A stretch of 64,000 nucleotides of DNA from Camelus ferus. Taxonomy: Eukaryota. Within the stretch, counting starts at the first letter, position 1. Each line of letters starts with the position of its first letter. Of the stretch, positions 55,471-64,000 are shown piece after piece. The notes below the pieces were generated by a model. The model was not told the origin of the DNA. It worked only from the letters and a program-made list of their open reading frames with translations, and made no database searches. The stretch spans positions 122,080,001-122,144,000 of the forward strand of contig NC_045696.1 in assembly GCF_009834535.1 (NCBI RefSeq), written 5' to 3'. Both the position numbers and the translations under genes were made by a program.

Positions 55471-56743
55471 TATAATTCAAGGTCAACAATCATTGTTTTA
55501 CCACTGAGCCAGTTAACTATTTGCAAAGTCAGTAAATAGTTGGGGCCCTGTTAGTGGCCTTTGTCCTGGAGACCATTAGGATCTGGGCACTAAACTGCCA
55601 CTCTTGATGTAGTCAGTATGGTCAGTGAAAGAGAAGAATATCAAAACCACTTGGTCATGGTCAGATGCTTACGTGGGTCACCTCTGATTTAAAAGGCAGT
55701 AGGCAGTAGTTTATTTTAGAATTGGGTGAAACCAGAGATACTGCTTTTTTTTATATTTCAAATTTGATTTCAGCTAAACCATTTATGATCTGCCATTGAC
55801 AATAACCTTGACTGATGTGGATCTTGGACCATGCATCCATTCTCTTCCTCTAATCCAGTGATGCTCAATCAAAACATTGGAATCACTTGGAGTTCTACAT
55901 GCATCTCCAGACATTCTGAATATGCTAGAAAATGTGTCTAAAGCTATTATCTATTCAGACTATATATAATGTTACAAAAGTAAGAATATTTAATCAGGTA
56001 TAGTGGTTATTTCTAATTTGTATAGATACAGTGTTCTTTTATCTTTGTATTTGTTTCCTAGTTTTTAATGTAAATTTCTTTGTCAACAGTGTGAAACTTG
56101 TTTAAATGAGTAAAATTTAAAATGAGAGGTGTGCAGTCACTTGTTCATGAACACTTCAGTTTCCTTAGCATTAATTCTCATTTTAAAACTCAAAATCCTC
56201 TAATTATGGTATTTTAACTTATATCCTGCTTATTTAAAAAATTTTTTTAGTCTGAAGTAATTCTCTTATATGCCTATGAAAATCTAATTTAAATTTAGAA
56301 AGTTACCTACATTTTTCAAATGACTTACAACCTTTTAAATATCTCACATGTATACTTAGAACTTAAACCAGGTTTTTCTCGCATTAAAAGAATAGTCAGA
56401 CGTATTGTTTTATAATGTTATTTAGTAAGAAAGGTGGAAAACCAAAGCACTTGTCAACATTCATAATTTATTTTTGAAAGAGGAAAATAGTTATTCTAAT
56501 TTTGTTAAGAAACTTACCTACTTTGTGGATGTTTAGAAATACTATAAGGATACAAAAGAAATCCAATTGAAAAGATTGACTCAAAGTGACAATAAAGTAG
56601 TAAATGGATGCTGTTAAATGGAAATGAATAGAATCTCATATTTAGGAAGGTCAGAAAAATGGGAATTAGATAAATGCATAATTAAGGTGAATTGTAAATT
56701 GTTGTTAATGAAATAGATATTATTTATCTTTTTTCGCTTTTAG

Positions 56744-56923
<180 letters not shown>

Positions 56924-58360
56924 TGACCCAGACCAAAAATTTGAGTTAATGGTTATTTTTATATGATAATATGTTGATTTTATCTTAAAGTGATTGAATA
57001 AAAATCAGTTATTTCTGTTGGAGGGCATACAGATCTATATATATTACTTGATCTGGTGGTGGTATTTTAAATTTTAGGAATGGCGTTCCAGGTGGTACAT
57101 AGTCTAAAAACAAATAAGAATAGTCTCTCTCTCTCTCTCTTTTTTTTTTTTTGCAACTTATGAGTGACATTTGTTTGCTTTATTGATGCATTAAACTCCA
57201 GAGACTTCTTTGTTTAACTTTAATCGTTTCTAATACAGCTTAGAAATTAGAAGTGAGGTACTATGTTGTTAATGATTATAGAACCATTTTTGAAATGTCT
57301 TCCTCAAGAAATAACAGCCACCATGTCTTGAACATCTACCATATTGCTTGTGCTTTTCCTCCATTGTCTGCAATAGTCATATCAGTCCTGTCAGGAAGGT
57401 GGCAGAATCCTCACACTGCAGATGGTCTCAAAGAGTAACATACCCAAGGTCCCAGGGCTCAGAAAAAAAAAATGGGACAGAAGAGTTACGAAAATAGTGA
57501 CTTTTAGGGCCAATTGATACATTGGTAAGCTATCTTCTAGTTATATATTCTTTAATATTATTTTTAATCAAATCTAAGATGCCAGTGATCTCCAGACATC
57601 ATTGTTTTATTTGATGACACTGAAATGAAAAGCCACCAAGAAGAAACAAATTGCTGCCAAGTATAAAAAAAAAAAAAGATGCTATAAATTTTAAGATAGA
57701 TCATTTAATTATATAATTTTAAAAATAAGCATATATTAGCGACTCATGTTCAGAAATGCGGGCTGGTTTACCTGGTAACCATGAGGTTAAGTTTTTATTA
57801 ACAAACACCTATTTAATAAATTAGGAGAGGGCATTGTGGCCTGCCAAAATGATAGAAACAAACACTGATGTTTAAAGAAAAATGGTCCAGAGACTCAGAT
57901 TAGATTTCATATATGAAACACCTTCATTCATATTGTTGCAATAAAATGAGCTTATCCTATTCATTTTTATTCTTTACTATCATTATAGATTGTCTGAGAC
58001 ACTCCATACTAATGACATTTGCATTTGAACACTTTTCTCATCTAATTCACTGAAAGTTTGGTCTTCATTGTTAGTTACAACTTAGTATAAACTGGGCACA
58101 TTTCCATTCAATGGGTTAGAAGGCCAGGAAGGACATTGTGAAGATGCTTGAATTATAAAGGAGGCATCTGAACATACCTCACCTCTTCTTTCTCTTCACT
58201 CTTATGATTTATTTTGAGTTTTTGATTAAGTGGCAGACAAAATACTGATAGCATCACTATGCCATTTTAATTCTGACTTTTTGAAAGAAAATATGAAATG
58301 TTAGCTACTTGGTTATGTTACAATAATGGCTGTCATTTTTGTTTTTAATAAAATAAGTTT

Positions 58361-61267
58361 AATGACCAACTCGCAGAGGCAACCGAAAGGTGCTGTGCGG
58401 CCTTCCTCTCTGCCGCCAACCTCTTCCCCTGACCTCACCACGCCCGCTCCCAGGAACAGGCAGATTTAAAGGCTTCAAACCTGCGAACAATGTAGGAGCG
58501 GAGGACGCCCCCAGGCAAGGCAGCTAGGGACATGGAGGAAATCCATTGGATGGCTACAGGCACCCTATTCCACGGTCCCCGAAGCCAAACCACAACATCA
58601 GATCGTAACCCGCATCTAGTGTGCCTGTCTGTCTCAATGCCAGGCTTAATGCCAATCAATTGGAGGATGGGAGAGGCTAGACTATGTGTGTGTATGTCAA
58701 TATATCTACTGGAGGATGAGGCGAAAATTATGTCTCACTATTTGCCTGCCTCTCTATCAATCTATCTATCTATCTATCTATCTATCTGGGGAGGCATAGC
58801 AGTAAGATAGTGTGTCATTTATAATTCTGTCTGTTGGAGTAGAATTTTAGTGTGTCTATATAGCTATCTAGCTCTTTGAGGAAGAGGAGAAGGCTTGTGT
58901 GTGTGTGTGTGTGCGTGCGGGTGCTCCTGGGGATCTGTCTATCTATGTATCTGTATCTAAAGGGGGAGGAGGCTACTGTATCTGTCTATCAGTCTATGTA
59001 GGTATCTGATGGAGGTAGAGTAGGCTAGTATGTCTGTCTGGCTGTCTATTATCAGATATGTATGTATGTACCTATACCTAATGGAAAAGAATGAGGAGGC
59101 TTGATTATCTATCCCTCGGTCTGTCAGAGGAGGAGAAGACTAGTGTTTGTCTCTCTGTGTATCTTAGAGATTTCTCTATGTATATCTAATGGAGAAGATG
59201 GAGGATTTCATGTGTCTGGCTATCTGTCTGTCTCTCTAACAGGAGAAGGTAGAGGCTAGTGTGTGAATGCGTCAGTCTCACATTCCATCTATCTAAAGGA
59301 GGAGTAGAAATAGTCTATACCGTTTGTCTGTTTATTATCTAATGGAGAAGGCGATTAGTGTGTCTCTCTACCTACTTAATTGAGGACTGGTAGGAGGGAA
59401 GGTTGTGTGTGGGTTTGGGTTGTGTGTGTGTGTGTGTGTGTGTCTGTCTGTCTGTGTATGTATGTATCTGTCTACCTATATAATGGATTAGGAGGAGAAG
59501 GTTAAGACATATGGGTGTTTCTAAATGGAGGAAGAGGCTAGTGTGTCTGTCTGTCTATTTTTTGTCTCTCTCTCTAATGGAGGAAGCCTCCCTTTATTAG
59601 GCCCAGCTGGAGGGATGCCAATTCCCACCCTGAAGCAGCAGAGGGCGCCCTTATTGCACGCCGAGAGGGACACTGGATGGAAATCCAAAGGCTTCCCTGG
59701 ACAGCCCGTGCATCCCTCTTCTTCCCTCTGTGTAGGCGCCACCGCCACTCCAACCCCCCACCCCGCCCCCTGACCAGCCCGCACTTGCCTCCCGGGAGCC
59801 GGAAAACACCGAGATGTGTACATCGTGTACCTAGGGTAGCAGAGACCAACCCTAGGACCGGTCAACGGGGAGATCTGTGCAAATACACGGGCTCGGTGGA
59901 GCAGCCCCGCCTCCTCAATGCAGCCCCTAAGAACACCGCGCCTGCCTCCGGGACACAGGCTGAGCTGGAAACATGCATATTGGGAACCTGGGGAAGGAGA
60001 GGCCGCCCCCAGGCCAGGCGCTTGTGGAGATGGGAGCAAACTGATCGGCTCACCCGAGGCATTCCTCTAGAAGCGACATCCCTGTCCCCTGAGCACACCT
60101 CGACAGCTTCCTAGGACCTGGCTGACAAGGACAACTAAATCCCGCACTCCTGGGGTAGCAGAGGCTGCCCCGTTGCCAGGAGAGGGGGAAATGGGAGGAA
60201 AATGACCGATTCGCCGAGGCATCCCCCTTAGATGCTCTGCCGCTTCCGGAGCTGCCGCTGACCTCTTCCACTTTCCTTACAACGCCTGCTGCCACGAGCA
60301 GGCTAACTTGAAAGCTTCAGTCCGTCGAATTTGGGGGAGCGGGGGCCGCCCCCAGGCAAGGCAGCTAGGGACATGGGATGAAATCCTATGGCTCGCCAGG
60401 GGCACAACTGTCCCCGGTCGACGCCGCTGAAGCCCAACCCCAAACTGCACACCGCCTCACGTGTGTCAGTCTGTCTGACTGCCTGGCTGATTGTCTATCT
60501 ATTGGAGGATGCGAGAGGCTAGACTATGTGTGTGTCTGTCTATATATCTACTGGAGGAGGAGGCGAAAATTATGTCTCTCCATTTGCCTGCCTCTCTAAC
60601 TATCTATCTCTCTATCTATCTGTGTATCTATCAATCTGTGTAAAAATCGACCTATGTAGTGCAGGCACAGCAGTAGGCAAGTGTGTCTTTTTATTTGTGT
60701 GTCTGTTGGAGCAGGAATTTAGTGTTTCTATCTCCCAATCTACCTACTTGAGGAAGAGGAGGATGCTAGCCTGTGTGTATGTGTGTGTGTGTGTGCGTGC
60801 GGGTCTCTTTATCAAAGTATGTGTAACAAAAAGGGGAAGAGGCTACTGTGTCTGTCTAACAGTCTATGTGTGCATCTAATGGAGGAGGAGTAAGCTAGTA
60901 AGTCTCTCTGTCTATATATGAGCTATCTATCTATGCAGCTGTATGTATTCGAGAAGAAGGAGGAGGCTAGAGTGTCTATCTGTCTTTCTGTCAGAGCAGG
61001 AGAAGAGTAGTGTGTCTGTCTGTCTGTGTGTCTGTGAGTGTGTCTCTATCTATATCAAATGGAGAAGAAGAAATATTCCCATGTGTCTGGCTATCTCTCA
61101 GTATCTCTAACAGGAGAAGGTAGCGGCTACTGGGTGTATCGGTCAATCTCACTTTCCATCTATCTAATGGAGGAGGAGAAAGAATGTATTAAGTTTGTCT
61201 ATCTATTATCTAATGGAGGAGGAGATTAGTGTGTCTCTCTACCTACTTAATTCAGGAGTAGAGGAGG

Positions 61268-61298
<31 letters not shown>

Positions 61299-63122
61299 CT
61301 GCCTATGTATGTATCTGTCTACCTATATAATGGATGAGGAGGAGGAAGTTAGGATATACGGCTGTTTCTCAATGGATGAAGAGGCTAGTGTGTCTGTCTG
61401 TCTCTTTATTTGTCTCTCTGTCTATCTAAAGGAGGAAGCCTCCCAGTATTCGACCCACCTGGAGGGATGCCAATTGCCACCCTGAAGCAGCAGAGGGCGC
61501 CCTCATTGCAGGCCCAGGGGGACACTGGATGGAAATTCGCAGGCTTGCCTGGGCAGCCCGTGCATCCCGCTTCAGCCCTCTCTGTAGCTGCCCCCGCCCC
61601 GCTCCCTGACAACCCCGCACTCGCTTCCCCGCAGCTGAAAAACACAGAGATGAGCACCTCGTGGACCTAGGGTAGTAGAGGCCTAGCCCAGGACCAGCCA
61701 AGAGGGAGATCTGAACAAATACACGGGCTCGGTGGGTCAGCCCCGACTTCTCAATGCAGACCCTGATCACAGCGCGCCGGCCTCGGGTGGGCTGGCTGAG
61801 CTGGAAACTTGCATACTCTGAACCTGGCGCAGGACAGGCCGCCCCCAGGCCAGGCGCTTGTGGGGATGGGAGCAAACTGATCGGCTCACCCGAGGCAGTC
61901 CGCTCCCCGCGACGTCCGTGTCCCTTGGGCTCACCTGGACAGCCTCCCAGGACCTGGCTGACAAGGAGAATTAATTGCCGCACACCTGGGTAGCAGAGGC
62001 CGCCCCGAGGCCAGGAGAGGGGGGATGGTAGGAAAATGACCGACTCGCCGAGGCATCCCTCTTGCGTTCTGGGCTGCCTCCATATCTGCCGCTGACCACT
62101 TCCCCTGTCCTTCCCTCGCCGGCTCCCAGGAGCAGGCTGACTTCAAAGGCTTTCGTCCGGCGAACTTGGGTTAGCGGAGGCCGCCCAGTGGCAAGGCAGC
62201 TAGGGACATGGGAGAAAATCCTCTGGTTCACCAGGGGCACCCTATTCCCCGGGCCCCGCCGCCGAACCACGTAGCCAGACGGCACCCCGCCTCTAGTGTG
62301 TCTGTCTGTTTGACTGCTTGCCTGACTGACTATCTATTGGAGGATGGTTGAAGCTAGACTATGTGTGTGTCTGTCTGTTTCTCCAACGGAGGAAGAGGCG
62401 ACTAGTGTGTCTCTCTATTTGCCTGCCTCTCTATCGATCTGGCTAGCTCTCTATCTATGTGGGGAGGCATAGCAGTAAGCTAGTGTGTCATTTACTTTTC
62501 TGTCTGTTGGAGTAGAATTTTAGTGTGTCTATATAACTATCTAGCTCTTTGAGGAAGAGGAGAAGGCTTGTGTGTGTGTGTTTGTGTGTGTGCGCGCGTG
62601 CTCGTGGGGATCTGTCTATTTATGTATCTGTATCTAAAGGGTGAGGAGGCTACTGTATCTGTCTATCAGTCTATGTATGTATCTGATGGAGGAAGAGTAG
62701 GCTAGTATGTCTGTCTGGCTGTCTATTATCAGATATGTATGTATGTACCTATACCTAATGGAAAAGAATGAGGAGGCTTGATTATCTATCCCTCGGTCTG
62801 TCAGAGGAGGAGCAGACTAGTGTTTGTCTCTCTGTGTGTCTTGGAGTTTTCTCTATGTATATCTAATAGAGAAGAAGGAGAATATCTATGTTCTGGCTAT
62901 CTGTCTGTCTCTCTAACAGGAGAAGGTACAGGCTAGTGTGTGAATCCGTCAGTCTCACTTTCCATCTATCTAAAGGAGGAGTAGAAAGAGTCTATTCCGT
63001 TTGTCTATTTATTATCTAATGGAGAAGGCGACTAGTGTGTCTCTCTACCTACTTAATTGAGGACTTGGTAGGAGGGCAAGGTTGTGTGTGGTTGGGTTGT
63101 GTGTGTGTGTGTGTGTTGTCTG
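58361..63122. repeat. Tandem macrosatellite-like array, ~1.84-kb unit, about 2.6 copies, running into the gap
   Basis: Anchor AATGACC..TCGC.GAGGCA at 58361, 60201 and 62035 (periods 1840 and 1834). GGCAGCTAGGGACATGG recurs at the same spacing. Each unit has a GC/CpG-rich portion and a TCTA/TCTG/TG/GGA simple-sequence portion. Confidence 0.93.
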
Positions 63123-63222
63123 NNNNNNNNNNNNNNNNNNNNNNNNNNNNNNNNNNNNNNNNNNNNNNNNNNNNNNNNNNNNNNNNNNNNNNNNNNNNNN
63201 NNNNNNNNNNNNNNNNNNNNNN
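63123..63222. other. Assembly gap (100 N)
   Basis: Run of exactly 100 N, the usual placeholder for a gap of unknown size. Confidence 0.99.
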
Positions 63223-64000
63223 TCTACAGGAAGGAAGAAGGACGGCAGTGGAAGCCAGCTTGCACCCTTCCTGGAGCTAGCTGGTAGCAGTGAGGGACGC
63301 CGAGGAACTGGGGACACGTCGCTTGGGGGGGCAATCCTGGCCACCAGCAGGGTTCGCACGGCTGTCACCCAGTTTGCACGATCCAAATGACAAGGAGTGG
63401 GGGTTGGGGGAAGGGGCTGCCTCAGCACCGGGATCCCAAAAAGGGCCAGAGCGCCGTGACCTCAGTTAATGCAGCTCCCCTAGTAAGCAAGAAAAAGGAA
63501 ACTCTGAGGCAAGGTGTTGCAGGTTCCACCGCAGCCACACGGATAACTAGATCTCTCAGCTGACAGAACAGAAGCATCTGAAACAGGAATCTTTCCTTTT
63601 CTCTTCTTCTGGACCTGGGCACAAGGAGCCACACATCTCTGACGGGAAGCATCTTTATTCCAGTAGAGAGCTCACTTTTTCAGGAATAAGCATGGAGAGA
63701 AAGAGTCCGGTAATGGTTTAGTGGTTCAAAACGGAAGCCCGTCTGAGAAACGGTAAAAACATGCTTCTCAATGAAGCCGAGTTATGGCAAGAAAATTAAG
63801 CTGCATATAGACAGGGATGGGTTCCCAGTCCACCGCTAGAAAAAAATTAGCCAATTATGTCTCCATTTGATTGGGAAAGAAGTAAATAATTCAAACATGG
63901 GGAATACATGGGATTAAGTAGTAGTAGTGAGTAATGAAATCCAAGATGTTTATACCTATATTTTCATTGTGAATATAACAAACTTAAAGCAACTGTCTAA

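Noticed and set aside
58610..61400. Repeated TCTAATGGAGGAGGAG motif with variable spacers, superficially CRISPR-like
   Set aside because: The context is mammalian, the repeats are degenerate, the spacers are low-complexity and related to each other, and there are no cas genes.
59521..62285. ORFs of 100-185 aa in the satellite GC blocks, considered as DUX4/D4Z4-like repeat-encoded genes
   Set aside because: I see no homeodomain motif (e.g. WFQN), and frames and lengths are not maintained between units. Long ORFs are expected in GC-rich DNA.
63223..64000. Moderately GC-rich sequence after the gap
   Set aside because: No recognisable exon, repeat family or satellite homology, and its adjacency to the array is uncertain across the gap.

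Overview
Mammalian genomic DNA, very likely camelid (several tRNA-Ala-derived vic-1-type SINEs). It is not prokaryotic, and I find no intact protein-coding gene; nearly all entries in the ORF track are spurious. The window is a mosaic of duplicated blocks. (1) ~1-19.9 kb is AT-rich and repeat-rich (ERV solo LTR, Tigger1, L1, L2, SINEs). (2) 20.0-27.2 kb is an intron-containing HERC2 fragment: six recognisable exons covering the end of the DOC domain and the start of RCC1-like domain 2, with two frameshifts, two dead splice donors and one apparently missing exon. (3) An intron-containing DYRK1A fragment on the same strand has four recognisable exons at 45.1-56.9 kb, with a half-deleted exon, a CAG>TAG stop and a dead donor. 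(4) At 58361 there is a sharp junction into a hierarchical ~1.84-kb tandem repeat, which runs into a 100-N gap at 63123-63222. The most notable inference: the surviving HERC2 and DYRK1A exons are phase-compatible and could splice into one stop-free chimeric ORF of 184 or 193 aa, ending in a new terminal exon with AATAAA. There is no evidence of transcription in the sequence itself. Gene and repeat-family names come from my recall of the sequences, not from a database search, and repeat boundaries are approximate.
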